Positions 27,985-40,162 of a stretch of DNA of 64,000 nt are shown here, in pieces. The notes beneath the pieces are model-generated. The model searched no databases, had not been told where the DNA came from, and was given only the letters and a program-made list of their open reading frames with translations. Each line of letters starts with the position of its first letter. Positions within the stretch are counted from its first letter, which is position 1. Location of the stretch: contig OX597822.1 of NCBI GenBank assembly GCA_951406725.2, positions 3,720,001 to 3,784,000 of the forward strand, read 5' to 3'. The position numbers and the translations under genes were made by a program. The stretch comes from Octopus vulgaris (taxonomy: Eukaryota).

Positions 27985-28117
27985 ACGACGGGCTTCTTTC
28001 AGTTTCCGTCTATAGAATTCCACTCACAAGACACTTGACATTTGACCAAGATGCCATACGGTGGGACTGAAAACAGAACCATGTGGTTGGGAAGCATGCT
28101 TCTTACCACACAGCCAC
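27985..28117 (-). mobile_element. SINE family B, 5' half
   Basis: acgacgggcttctttcagtttccgtcta...gtgggactgaa...aaccatgtggttgggaagca...cttaccacacagccact. Confidence 0.8.
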
Positions 28118-28144
28118 TACTTTGTATGCATGTATATATACAGA

Positions 28145-28345
28145 ACGCCATGTTGGATCGTTAGCCCCTACACGCAATTTTTTTCTCTCCTTGTTTCTTT
28201 TCTGTGTATCTTTCTGTCGAAGAGCGTAGGCTCGACACGTAAAAGACTTGTTTTATTTCTATTCCTGAGCGCCATACTAATACATTGTTTGTTTGTATTC
28301 CACCTGCCTTCGTCTTTTGTTTATTTTCGTAAACCTTCCCGTTAT
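28145..28345 (+). mobile_element. HHR-bearing short element, family E (opposite orientation)
   Basis: Motif 28209-28246: UCUUU CUGUCGA A GAGC guag GCUC GACA CG UA|AAAGA (GAAA mutated to GACA). Confidence 0.75.
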
Positions 28346-29035
28346 ATATATGTATGTATGTATGTATAAACACACACACACATACATTGGCCTACACATG
28401 TTTCAACGATTAATAACTGTTGAAATTTTAACCCTACAAAAATAGCGGTGCCGTTTCTTCGAGGTCTTCACTGAATACCATTCGGTTTAACTGTTTAAAG
28501 GTTTTCGTTTGTCTACTCTGCGTTGCATGATGAAGAGTTGTTCGTTAAGTTAGACGCGAACAATCTTCAGCTCAAGTTTTGATTGGATAATCACTTATAG
28601 TCCATTAATTTCAAAACATTCTGTTGTTTAAATGTTTATTGTTCATCTACACTGGGCACATGTGAATTTCTTCATGTGGAAGCATCTCAAAGCTTGTTCC
28701 TGTATAGAATTTATTACATTACTCTTGCACGTAAAAGTCTGATAAAACTCTTCTTTAGTTCCAGGTTTTTGTGGCTTTGCAGTACAAATGAATTCCCAAT
28801 TGATAGTAGAGTCATTAGTTTACTAAGACGTGTTTGTAATATTTTATTTTATCTCTAAATGAACTCAAATATACGTGTGTGTGTGTGTTTGTGCGTGTAT
28901 GTGTGTGTGTGTGTGCGTGTGTGCGCGTGTGTGTGTATGTGTGTGTGTTTGTGAGCCCTCCCCAAGCATTGTAAAGCGCTTCGCGGTTCTCCAGCATGGC
29001 CCCAGGCTTTGGCTGAAACAAGTAAGGGGATACTA

Positions 29036-29069
<34 letters not shown>

Positions 29070-29126
29070 GTTTATATATTTGTTGTGCAAGATATGTGGA
29101 ATCATGTGTTGAAACAGATATTGTTG

Positions 29127-29501
29127 TATTTCGGAATGGTCATTTTGCCAGTTTAGCCAATAAAAACACACGTACTATATATTTGGTGTTACTTTGCTTC
29201 AGTGTTATTTATCTTTTACATTCAACTTAATCTTATTTCGGCCTGAGTTCTTTCGTCACACTCCTGTGACATCATCAGTGGTCCTTTGCTTTCTTCTTTC
29301 TTATTTGTGTGTCTCACACTAACCGTCAACCATTTTGTATTTCTATTGTATGTGTCTTCATTTGCGCATGCGTATATCTCTATGTGCGTCTATGTTTAGT
29401 TAGTGTGTGTACAAAATAAATAACACTGAAGCCAAGTAACACCAAATATATAGTGCGTGTGTTTTTATTGGCTAAACTGGCAAAATGACCATTCCGAAAT
29501 A
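29127..29501. mobile_element. Short element with 86-bp inverted arms enclosing a hammerhead ribozyme
   Basis: Arms 29127-29212 and 29416-29501 are near-identical inverted copies; the right arm abuts (TA)n. Confidence 0.85.
29240..29284 (-). ncRNA. Minimal type I hammerhead ribozyme
   Basis: GGACCA CUGAUGA U GUCAC aggagu GUGAC GAAA GAAC UC|AGGCC: intact core, perfect 5-bp stem II, imperfect stem I. Confidence 0.7.
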
Positions 29502-29565
29502 TATATATATATTTGTGTGTGTATGTGTGTGTATAAATTATCATTTCTAAATGGCTCTACTGAGC

Positions 29566-30280
29566 CATTCAGTAACACTACACTAAAGTAAAGATTATTT
29601 GCCAACATAATGTGGCAGTCCTGGTTCCGACGAATGTTATTGTTATTTAGGCACAAGAAACATCATCTTCAGCGGGCTATACGACACACTATCTGTGTCC
29701 TTATATTTGAAAATTATATATACTTTTGAACAGGAATATAGCAGTGGAATCTCTAGCCAAGCAGTTACTCTGTGTGTTGAGGAGATAACTATCCAGAACC
29801 AGCGGTACGCAGATATTGGTTTCTGCTGAGTGGGGATACTAAACACCATTGTTGGAAAATATAAGGACACAGATAGTGTGTCGTGTAGCCAGCTGGAGAC
29901 GATATTTCCTGGGGCTAAGAACAGTAAGATTTGTCACAACCGGGACTGCCACATTATGTTGGCAAATAATCTTTACTTTAGTGTAGTGTTACTTAATGTT
30001 AGAGAAATTTAGAAAAGATAATATTTCTACTTATTAGCTCAGTGCAGCGGCATCTCTAGCTAATTAGTTATTCTGTGCTGAGGATGGGAAATATTCCAGT
30101 AACTGCGGTACGCAGATATTGCGTTGTGTTGAGAGGGAATGCTAAACTCCCCTGCTGGAAAAAAAAGGACACAGATAGTGTGTCGTATAGCCAGCTGGAA
30201 ATGATGCTTCCTGAGGCTAAATAATAGTAACATTCGTCCCATCCGGGACTGTCACATTATGTTGGCAAATACTCTTTACT
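29566..30280. repeat. 303-bp-period tandem repeat with an inverted partial copy; each direct unit carries an HHR-like motif
   Basis: Direct units at about 29740-29980 and 30043-30280; 29571-29708 is an inverted copy of 29857-29993. Confidence 0.85.
30072..30116 (+). ncRNA. Type I hammerhead ribozyme motif (A13U variant)
   Basis: UCUGUG CUGAGGA UGGGA aaua UUCCA GUAA CUGCGG UA|CGCAGA: 6-bp stem I, 5-bp stem II, near-palindromic stem III; more decayed copy at 29769-29813. Confidence 0.7.
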
Positions 30281-30321
30281 ACATACATATATATACATAC
30301 ATACATACATACATACATACA

Positions 30322-30381
<60 letters not shown>

Positions 30382-30387
<6 letters not shown>

Positions 30388-30600
30388 ATCCAAACAAGAA
30401 AACACAAAAAAACACAACAACGCGAGGATGTGGAAGAAACATAGTATTATTGGACGGTCAGGAAAGAAGGGAAGAAGGAAGGTTTAACGTTTCGAGCGGA
30501 GCTCTTCGTCGGAAACATAGGAGAAGGAAAGATCCAGAGAAGGGAAGACAGAGGGAAAAAATCGTCAACGGTACACACGTGTTCACATTTTGAAAGACCG
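30382..30600 (-). mobile_element. HHR-bearing short element, family F
   Basis: Next to (TA)n; motif 30482-30516: GUUU CCGACGA A GAGC ucc GCUC GAAA CG UU|AAAC; second copy at 39966. Confidence 0.75.
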
Positions 30601-31843
30601 GAAGGAGAAAGGGTGAAGAAGGATGTTTTCAAAGACAGAAGAGTTTTCAAAGACAGAAGAGTAGAATGGTCAAAGACAAGCGAACGTAGGAGGGGGAATG
30701 TGTGTGTAAGTGTGGATGTGTGCGTGCGTGGAGGTCTGCGTGTGTGTGTGTGTATGTGTGCAATGATGACACGTGTGTGTGTGCGTGTGTGTGTGCGTGT
30801 GTGTGTGTGTATGTGTGTGTGGTTGTAGCTCTAAACAACAGGCTAGTAGCTGACTAGTTTGCAAGAATAAGGAGTGGTGTTTTTGTCTCTGCCACAGGTC
30901 AGTGCAATGAAGTATGTGTGTGTGTGTGCGTGTATGTATAAGTATCGTGTGTGTATTTTGTTTGTAGTTTGTGTGTGTGTGTATGTGTGTGTTCGGGTGT
31001 TTATGCGTAGAGTTTGAGTGTGTGTGGCGAATAAATGTGCTTTACTTAGTGTATGTGTGCGTGTGTGCTTGTACGTGCGTATGTGTGTGTGTGTAAGCGT
31101 TTATGGATGTATATGCGTGTATCCGTGGGGTTGTGAGTTTTGGGTGTGTGCATTGGTGTGCGTGTGTGCGTGATACACACACACAGAACGAGAGGCAGGC
31201 AGACAAAGATAAATAGATATATATATAGATATATACAACGGCTTTTTTTCAACTCCCGTCTATACACACACACACACACACACACAAACGAACATATACA
31301 GCACAGGGCGACACACTCACCCACAAACTCCGAGAAACAAACACACGCAATCTGATATACAAATACACATATGCACACACGAACACGTTATAGCATATTC
31401 CGATACCTTACACTTACATTTGTTATTGAAACACATTATGATACACGAATATGTATGGCTTAGTGAATCTATAAGCAACACTGTGTACCTGGTGTGAATG
31501 TGACCGTGGAGGTAGGGAGTCAAAACCCATCTAATTTAACAAGAGGATAATTTTATATTTAGTAGTGTGAAACAGAGCGTGACCGTGTGTCTGCAGTCAT
31601 TTCTCATACGCACTACTATCTAACACCATCACTTTTTCATATTTGGCACCATTCCTAGGAAGTGTCCCTCCCATAAGTGCTTGATTTTGATTTTTCAGTA
31701 TGGACACACACACACACTTGCACATATGCTCACACATATATATGTATCTATCTGTCTATATATATACACACACATATATAAGCATATATACATGTATATA
31801 TATATAAGTATATATACATGTATATATATATAAGTATGCATAA

Positions 31844-31875
<32 letters not shown>

Positions 31876-31912
31876 TTATACATACATATGTATATACATA
31901 TAAATACATATA

Positions 31913-31950
<38 letters not shown>

Positions 31951-32404
31951 CATATATATGCATACATATATACATGTGTGTATATATTTATATGCACATA
32001 TATACATACAAATATATATATATGTGTATATATATATATATGTGTGTGTGTATACACACACATATATACATACTCACTTATAGATGTATGTATGTGTGTG
32101 TGCGGACAGGTAATCAGGCAAATAGCTTGTTTTACTTGTATATTCATTTCAGTCGTTGGGCAACGGCCATACCGCAGCACCATGTTGAAAAGTCTTAATT
32201 GATGAAATGCTTATATCTATGTCTGATATTTACTTTAGAGAATATTTGCCGCACTGTAAACTACAGAATACAAACGCAGACTCCGTGTTTTTAAATGATG
32301 TCATTGCAAAGAAAGAAATACAGATGGAGGCATAGAATCACGCACACACACACACACACACACACAAACACATCACTCACACACACAGATATATATGTGT
32401 GTGT

Positions 32405-32600
32405 GTGTGTTTCCACCACCATTGCTTGACAACCGAAGTTGGTGTGTTTTCGTCCCATTACCCTAGCGGTTCGGCATAAAAGTCCGATAGAATAAGTACT
32501 CTATTTACAAAGAATAAGTCCTTGGATCGATTTGTTCGACTAAAGGCGGTGCTCCAGCATGACCGCAGTCAAATGACTGAAACAAGTAAAAGAGTAAAAA
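32405..32600 (+). mobile_element. SINE family B, 3' half
   Basis: gcttgacaaccga.gttggtgtgttt...ctaaaggcggtgctccagcatgaccgcagtcaaatgactgaaacaagtaaaagagtaaaa. Confidence 0.85.
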
Positions 32601-32752
32601 ATAAATAAAAGTATAAAGTCACGTTTACACACAGAGCAGAACACGACCCTCATGTACCTTAATATTATACACAATAGTACAATCTCAAGACTATTGCGAG
32701 TCTAGTGATATAGTCACTGGCAAGCTATCACGTCGAAAGAAAGGAATATAGT

Positions 32753-33318
32753 TTAATAATCCCTTCTACTAAAGGCACAAGGCCTGAAATTTTGGGTGAG
32801 GGAGACAATTAGAAATTAATTTATCAACCCCGGAAGGATGAAAGGCAAAGTCGACCTCGGCGGAATTTGAACTCAGAACGTAGCGGCAGATGAAATACCT
32901 ATTTCTTTACTTCCCACAAGGAGCTAAACACAGAGGAGACCAACAAGGACAGACAAACAGATTAAGTCGATTATATTGACTCCAGTGCGTAACTGGTACT
33001 TAATTTATCGACCCCGAAAGGATGAAAGGCAAAGTCGACCTCGGCGGAATATGAACTCAGAACGTAGCGGCAGATGAACTACCTATTTCTTTACTACCCA
33101 CAAGGGGCTAAACGCAGAGGAGACAAACAAGGACAGACAAACAGAGTAAGTCGATTACATCGACCCCAGTGCGTAACTGGTACTTAATTTATCGACCCCG
33201 AAAGGATGAAAGGCAAAGTCGACCTCGGCGGAATTTGAACTCAGAACGTAGCGGCAGATGAAATACCACTAAGCATTCGCCCGGCGTGCTAATGATTCTG
33301 TCAGCTCACCACCTTCAT
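32753..33318 (-). mobile_element. Concatemeric SINE family D (head plus 184-bp units) with 15-bp TSD
   Basis: ttatc.acccc recurs at 32821, 33005 and 33189; TSD agaaaggaatatagt (32738-52) / agaaaggaatacagt (33319-33). Confidence 0.9.
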
Positions 33319-33350
33319 AGAAAGGAATACAGTGATGTGCTAAACAGCTT

Positions 33351-33715
33351 TTGATAAAGAAAGGTGGAGTATCTGAAGAAAGGAATCGCAGTAGGAGACT
33401 CGTGGTAATATGCCTTGATTACTGCAAAGTGTTTGACTCCATTACTTGCACGTGGCTTTTGAAATCACTACAACGAACAAAACCACCGACTGTCTTAGTT
33501 TCTGCTGTCAAAAGCTCGAGAAAAACCCCCTCTACAATCCTCACACTTGTAGCTGAAAGGGGAACGGTTGTCTCTGGTGTTGTTAGTATTTCAAAAGGAA
33601 TATTCCAAGGGGACAGGCTAACGGTACTTCTATGCTGTCAAAAACTCGTGAAAACCCCCTCTACAATCCTCACACTTGTAGCTGAAAGGGGAACGACTGT
33701 CTCTGGTGTTGTTGT
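33351..33715 (+). mobile_element. R4-type RT fragment with internal tandem duplication
   Basis: CLDYCKVFDSI...WLLKSL and ISKGIFQGDRL match RT motifs DYKKAFDSV and GIFQGDSLSP; about 80 bp duplicated (about 33503-33583 and 33633-33713). Confidence 0.7.
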
Positions 33716-33721
33716 TTGGTT

Positions 33722-33970
33722 GGAGGCGCATGGCTAAGTGATTAGGGCCTTGGACTTATGATCGTAAGATTGTGGTTTCGGTTCCTTGTGGTGCGTTGTG
33801 TTTTTGAACAAAACACTTCATTACACGTTGCTCCTGTCCACTCAGCTGACAAAAATGAATAATCTTGCGACGAACTGGCGCCCCTTCCAGGTGTGGAATA
33901 TATACGCCATGAAACCGGAAACCCGGCCCTTATGAATCGTTATGACTCGAGAAGGTAACTTTATCCTTTT
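33722..33970 (+). mobile_element. tRNA-derived SINE, family G head with V-domain-like tail
   Basis: ggaggcgcatggctaagtg head; gcgacgaactggcgccccttccaggtg segment, also present at about 37137. Confidence 0.75.
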
Positions 33971-34747
33971 ATTTTAACATATATTTTGTTTAGAAAACAA
34001 TTCCACCATCATTTCAAAAATCTTCAACCAACTAACAAACTGATGATGTAACTAAGAATCCGTCGTTAAATGTTTTCCTCTGAATATGAAGCCTGGAAAC
34101 TTAATGTTGAAACCTTTAGAAACTTGTTCTCTTTTCACAGCAGAATCTCTGATGAATCATGAATACAAAACATGAAGCTTATGTTAACATTGCAGTCCAT
34201 GGGGAAGCTGAAACGAAGAGCATCATGGATTCAGATGAACTGGCCATGTACTAACACTACGTTTTACCACAGGAAATTCTTTACAGAAGATGCAGCAATG
34301 CTTAATAAAACATGCAGAAGAATAACTCAATCAGACTGTGAAGAGTGATGTCAGCTTAATTGTTTTTTAAAGCTGTAGTTCTCCAGTTTTAAAGCAGTGG
34401 TTCTCAAACGCGCAAAATATACCCATTGGAACCACAGTCACCCCTGTCTATCAACTTGAACTCCTACGAACACAAGTTTCACGAAACGGTCAGTCTTCTT
34501 GTATACACTGAGCCATGCGCCTTCACAGCTGAACCTAGAGACACTAATATTCGTAATGATGTCAAGAAACAACGTTTTCTCAATATACTTCAAGGTTTTA
34601 CTGGTCGCCTAGCAATGCATTATATTATTTGTTCCTTTTTTTATAAGCAAAGTCGGCACACGAGGAGTATGAAGCAAAGGACTCTTCTTAATAAATATGT
34701 TTTCGGTCATTTGGGGATGAACAATGCTGACACCTTTGACACTAAAA

Positions 34748-35069
34748 CATGGCTCAGTGGTTAGAGCGTCAACCTTACCATCGCGAGGTTGTCAGTTTGA
34801 ATCCTGGACCGGGCTATGTGTTGTGTTCTTGAGCAAGACACTTTATTTCACGTTGCTCCAGTTCACTCAGCTGTAGAAATGAGTTGCAATATCACAGGTG
34901 CCAATCTGTATAGGCCCCTTTGCCTTTCCCTTGGATAACACTGGTGGCTTGGAGAGGGTAGGCCGGTTTGCATGGGCGACTGCTGGTCTTCCATAAACAA
35001 CCTTGCCCGGACTTGTGTCTAGGAGGGTAACTTTCTAGGTGCAATTCCATGGTCTGGAGGAGGTCTCAG
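34748..35069 (+). mobile_element. tRNA-derived SINE family G
   Basis: catggctcagtggttagagcgtc A-box, gtttgaatcc B-box; collinear with the inverted copy at 54989-55324. Confidence 0.88.
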
Positions 35070-35103
35070 AATACCTTTAGCTGACACGAATATATGAATT
35101 GCG

Positions 35104-35148
<45 letters not shown>

Positions 35149-35309
35149 TGTGTGAGTGTGTGTGTGTGTCTACAAACATGACAGAAGTAAATAGATTTCC
35201 TTACAATCGTTAAAATTTATCTAAATCTGAAATTATACATTCAATTTATTTATTAATTGTTATAATGTGAATTTTTGATACTCAGTAGACATGGCCTTTG
35301 TATTTTTCA

Positions 35310-35530
35310 GTGCAAGAACCCTATTAGGCATGTTACTGATCAGGTGACGAATATTCTCTTTCGGAATTTCTTTCTATTTTTCAGGCAGTAATCCCCAAAG
35401 ATCTGGCTTTGAAGATGCTTTCTTGTCCTGTCCATTATGTCCCAGAAGTGTTCAATGGTGTTCATATCTGGTGACTGACTTGGCCGTGAATGTTTTTAAT
35501 TCCATTCTCATCCAACAGATCTTGGGTCAC
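35310..35530 (-). mobile_element. Tc1 transposase 3' fragment
   Basis: PSQSPDMNTIEHFWD matches the Tc1 WPSQSPDLNPIE.LW motif. Confidence 0.7.
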
Positions 35531-36249
35531 ATTTCCACTGGAGAAGATTGGAAGGAGTGAAGACATATTTATACAAGTCTATGTTTCCCTCACACTCCAC
35601 CAGCTCTGATCAACCATTGCTCCAAATTGCTCCCCAGATATCACAGAATAACTTCCATGTTTCATTGTTTGTTGTAATCTTTTAATATCAAATTCTTGAT
35701 CACAGAGACACTAGACCCTCACTCGATCAATGACAGGAAATACAGCAAATCTGGTCCTATCGCAGAATATGAGAGTGTCCCAAATTGCTAGTGGTCGCTC
35801 CACCATCTCACTGGCCCAATCTTTTCACCGCTTGATGTTATCTGCTCGGAGAAGATGCTTCCTTCTTGGCGCTCTGCAATAGTAGTCAAGTTTATGGAGA
35901 TACTTGACAGCTGTTCTGGGACTGGCATCAACTTCTTCTGCTATATCAGAGGCCTTGCAACAAGGATTATCCCCCATACTTCTCCTAGCAACGAGAAGGT
36001 TCATGTTACAGGGCCCTGGTTGATCTGCACGAGATGATGTGGAATCCTTCCCCCTCTCTGGTGAATATATATATTATGATAAGTAATTGTAAGGACCAAA
36101 GATCTAGGTATAGGAAATTAGTTAACTCCAAGCAGTTCACAGTAGGCATTAAAAAAATCTTAAATAAAAACTTAGATATATTTCGACCAAATAATTGTCC
36201 AGGCCATGTCTAACTTAATAGCACCACCTGATAGGATTATCTAAATCCT

Positions 36250-36650
36250 TTTCAAGTCAAGTTTTGTTTATAGTCCATTGAAGTTGAGTGAGTGTATCCA
36301 GGTATTGGTGGCTTATCTGGTATTCCTCGAAGAAATCTGTCCAGACTCCATTTAACGGTGATGGGATCCTTTTCCTCTTTAATCAGTTTTTGGACAATGT
36401 TAAATAGGGCAGGGCCTGACGAGGATAAGAAATTATGCCACAAGGTACCAATATATTTTGTGATCCTGAATTGGGCAGGGGACGTATGGCCGGTGGTCCC
36501 AGCCTTGGATGAACCTTGAAACTAATGTTCAGATCGTTTGGGCAATGCTAGCGGTATATTCTCCACATCGTACAAACGAGGTACCGTTCGCAGCGGCGCT
36601 GGAGAGAGTAGAGTTTTAAGACTTTAAGGCGGTCCCAGTAATCGAGATCA
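36250..36650 (-). mobile_element. CR1-group LINE 3' end
   Basis: DYWDRLKVLKLYSLQRR...GPALFNIV...LDRFLRGIPDKPPIPGY. Confidence 0.75.
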
Positions 36651-37008
36651 GGAACAAAAATATTTTATTGGCGTAGAAGGTTGTAGGTTTTCCCATTTCA
36701 AATTTCAATAAGCTGACGAAAATTGTTTTATAGTTTGCAGTTAGCATTTTGGGTTGCTATAATGCGAATAACAATCCAAATTGAGGGAGTTGAGTAGGAA
36801 AAAATCCAGGCTACATATGTTTCCTTGCAAGCAGAACCTTAGAAGCAATAATTACTCAACGTGGCTACTCTACTACCTACTCATTTTAAATTAAATCTCC
36901 TGCAAGTTAACTTGGTATTCTTTGATCTCAAATGTAACCTTAATTTAACTAAGGTATCATCGACCTTATGAGTAGCTAGTGGAGTATATATATATATACA
37001 CGCAAATC

Positions 37009-37240
37009 GAAGTGTGTGTTTATGAGCGAAACACGTAAGCTCCACCTGTCTCCGGCAGAAGGTAATGGCGAACTTCTGCTGACTCTTTCGCCACAAATTT
37101 CTCTCACTCTTTCCTCCTGCATCTTGCAGCTCACCTGCGACGGACCGGCGTCTCGTCCAGGTGAGTAACCTATACGCCAAGGTAACCAGGAAACCGGCCC
37201 TTATGAGCCAGGCGTGGCTCGAGTAGGAACAAGCAACTGT
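37009..37240 (+). mobile_element. Headless hybrid SINE (family C body plus V-domain-like tail)
   Basis: gtgtgtgtttatgagcgaaa...ctctttcgccacaa.tttctctcactcttt as in family C, then gcgacggaccggcgtctcgtccaggtg...aaaccggcccttatga as in the 33722 copy. Confidence 0.75.
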
Positions 37241-38199
37241 TCCTCCTAAAAGGTGAAACAACAGCAATAATAATGGAGTCAAAGACATGTTGATATATCG
37301 TAGATTTTGCATAAGAGATTATATTCCCCTTTGTATCTTTTGTGCAATTATCTGAAACACATATTAAATGCATTGAAATATCATTACTTATTTTGACCTG
37401 TATGTGTGTGGTAGTGTATACATGTATATGTATATATGTGTGTGCATGTACACACACATACACACGGGATTATATATATATGTGTGTGTGTGTGTGTGTA
37501 TACACTCTTATCTGGCGGGCTTCAATACAGTTTCCATCAACCAAATTCATTTTACATATCTTCGGTGAAACAGAGAATATGTTAGAAGTCTCGTGGGTGA
37601 CATGCTCAAGTTTCCACGACAGGGGATCGAACTGGGAACCTCGTGGCTAGAAAGGTAAATGCTGATATACCACACAAATGTGCTTAACTTGTAAGTTCAG
37701 AAGCGTAATAATAGTCATGGAAGTGTATAAAAAGAATCGTTGTTGTGGAAGCAAGCACTAAAGGTGATACAAAAATAGTTATGGCGTTCAAGTGATTTTT
37801 GCTTTTGTTCTCTCTGTATCATAAGAGATATAGTTTCTCCATCAAGCTCTGACTTTCTTAAATAGATAAATATACCTGAATGAGATAAAATACTTTCCCC
37901 TCCCAAGCGCTTCCCGATTGTGACTCCACCATTAAACAAAGTCTCGGAAAGACGTTTGAATTCTAACAAATTGTTGCATTATTATAATCCACAGAATACG
38001 AAGTTGATTAAATAATTATAATTATAGCATTTACTTCTTATTTGTCTAGACAGAAATACCTTTGGTAATTATTATATTACTGATTTATACAATTTTTTTT
38101 TTGTTCATCGCTACAGAAATGTTGAAAAACGAAGTCTATTATTTTTGTCGATATTCCGATGATTAGGAACATAATTTGTAAAATACCGATAAAATATAT

Positions 38200-39060
38200 T
38201 TATTTGCGTCGTCGTTGTTCTCGGCATCATCATCATCATCATCATTATCTTCCTCATAATTATTATCATCATCCTGATGAGGATACAATTATCAGCTTCA
38301 CCGTCATCATCTATATTGATCTCACGATTATGATCCTAACCACCACCACCACCACCACCGCTGAAATCATCATCATCGTCTTTGTAATCATTATTATTAT
38401 CGTTGTCGTCGGTGTCGCCATCGTCATCGCCATCGTCATCGTCATCGTCATCATCCAAAGTATGAACACAATCGGCAGCAAGAACTAGCAACAGAAGAGG
38501 AAACAGAAACGGCGTAAGCATCGTTACAATCGTCTTCCTCGTGGCTTCTGTAGTCATCATCGTCGTTGTCGTCGTCGTTATCATCATCATCAACGTCGTC
38601 ATCGTCGTCGTCATTATTATTACGATTGTCTTTTTTATTTTCGTCGTCAATATTCACCATTATCATCATCATTGTCGTCATCTTTCTACTTATCATCATC
38701 TTCATTATTAACCCTCTCGTTCTTTTCTCTTCATACTTCTCTTGATCATCATCATCGTCATCGTCATCGTCATCGTCAACATCATCATCACGAAGACTAA
38801 CAACAACTTCAGCAGCAGCAGCCGTTCAAGAATTTGGACCTGGAGATCTCCGTTTCCAGTGACTTCGAGGGCCACCTCCCAGTGGTGTCGGGCGTCAACG
38901 AAGAGCCCTCGACTACAACAAGACGACCAAAGTTTTTTTTCCAAGGTCTGGGGTCTTCCGCCCCTAAGCCTCAGACCATCACCTAATCACCCTTACCCGT
39001 CTTGTTGCTTAACAACAACAACAACAGCAGCAGCAGCAGCAGCAGCAAAGACAACGATAG
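38200..39060. repeat. Compound trinucleotide low-complexity region (CAT/CGT/CAG/CAA) with a short unique GC-richer core
   Basis: Directly read. Confidence 0.85.
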
Positions 39061-39235
39061 AATATTCTACAGAAAAGAAGCGCTTACTGCCATGGGAAAA
39101 TCTCAAACGTCTACCATGGAAAACTCTTGCTTCAATAAAACAAAAAGAACACATTCCCTTATGTTGCCTTAGGTATAATATCATGTCTGAAAAGAGGTGG
39201 GGATGCTCCCAGCCGATACAACTTTGGTCATATAT

Positions 39236-39436
39236 ATAGGGAGAGTTTACGAAGAAAACAAAAGACGAAGACAGGTGGTGTACAAAACAAACAGATGTAA
39301 TAGTATAACGCTCAGGAATAGAAAAAGTCTTTACGTTTCGAGCCTACGCTCTTCTACAGAAAGGGACACAGAAAAAACAAGGAGAGAAACAAGAGAGAAA
39401 AAAATGTGTGTAGTGGCTAACGATCAATCATGGCGA
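39236..39436 (-). mobile_element. HHR-bearing short element, family E
   Basis: Close homologue of 22738-22935; motif 39329-39363: CUUU CUGUAGA A GAGC guag GCUC GAAA CG UA|AAG. Confidence 0.75.
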
Positions 39437-39965
39437 CTAGTCCATATATACGTTGGTCATATATATGGTGTGCTGTAGATATGTCTCTATATATTTATGT
39501 GTATGTATGTTTCGTAGGTAGGTATATGTTCGTATGTATATGCATGTATGTGTGTGTACATATACATATACGCGTTTGTATGTATATATATATATGTATA
39601 TATACATATATAAATGTGTATGTATATGTGAATATACTTTTATATATGTGAGCATGTATTGCGTACTATATTTTTGTACTTTTGTATATTTGTTTGCGTA
39701 TCCATATGTGCGTATATTTGTATGTATATTTATAGTTAATTAATTTTATGTGTGCGTTTTTATGTGTTAGTTGCGCAATGCATATGAATTATCCAAATAT
39801 GTTCGGTTACATTCAGGCGCCATTATGTACCACTCCCTACCCCCTATTTATTTCCCTCCTTTCTCTCGCTAGTTCTTTGTTTCTCTTTCGCCTGTAATAA
39901 CTAACTTGTATAATTATAGGGTAGGAGATTTTATGCACGTGTATGTGTGCGTATATATATATATA

Positions 39966-40162
39966 TAGTTAATCCAAACATGAAAACACAACAACGCGAG
40001 GACGTGGAACAAGTATAGTATTATTGGACGCTCAGGAAAGAAAGAAAGAAGTGGGATTTAACGTTTCGAGCGGAGCACTTCGTCAGAAACATAGGAAAAG
40101 GAAGGATCCAAAGAAGGGAAGACGGCAGGAAAAAAATCGCCAACGGTACACACGCGGTCATG
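39966..40162 (-). mobile_element. HHR-bearing short element, family F, canonical core
   Basis: Motif 40056-40090: GUUU CUGACGA A GUGC ucc GCUC GAAA CG UU|AAAU; next to (TA)n. Confidence 0.78.
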
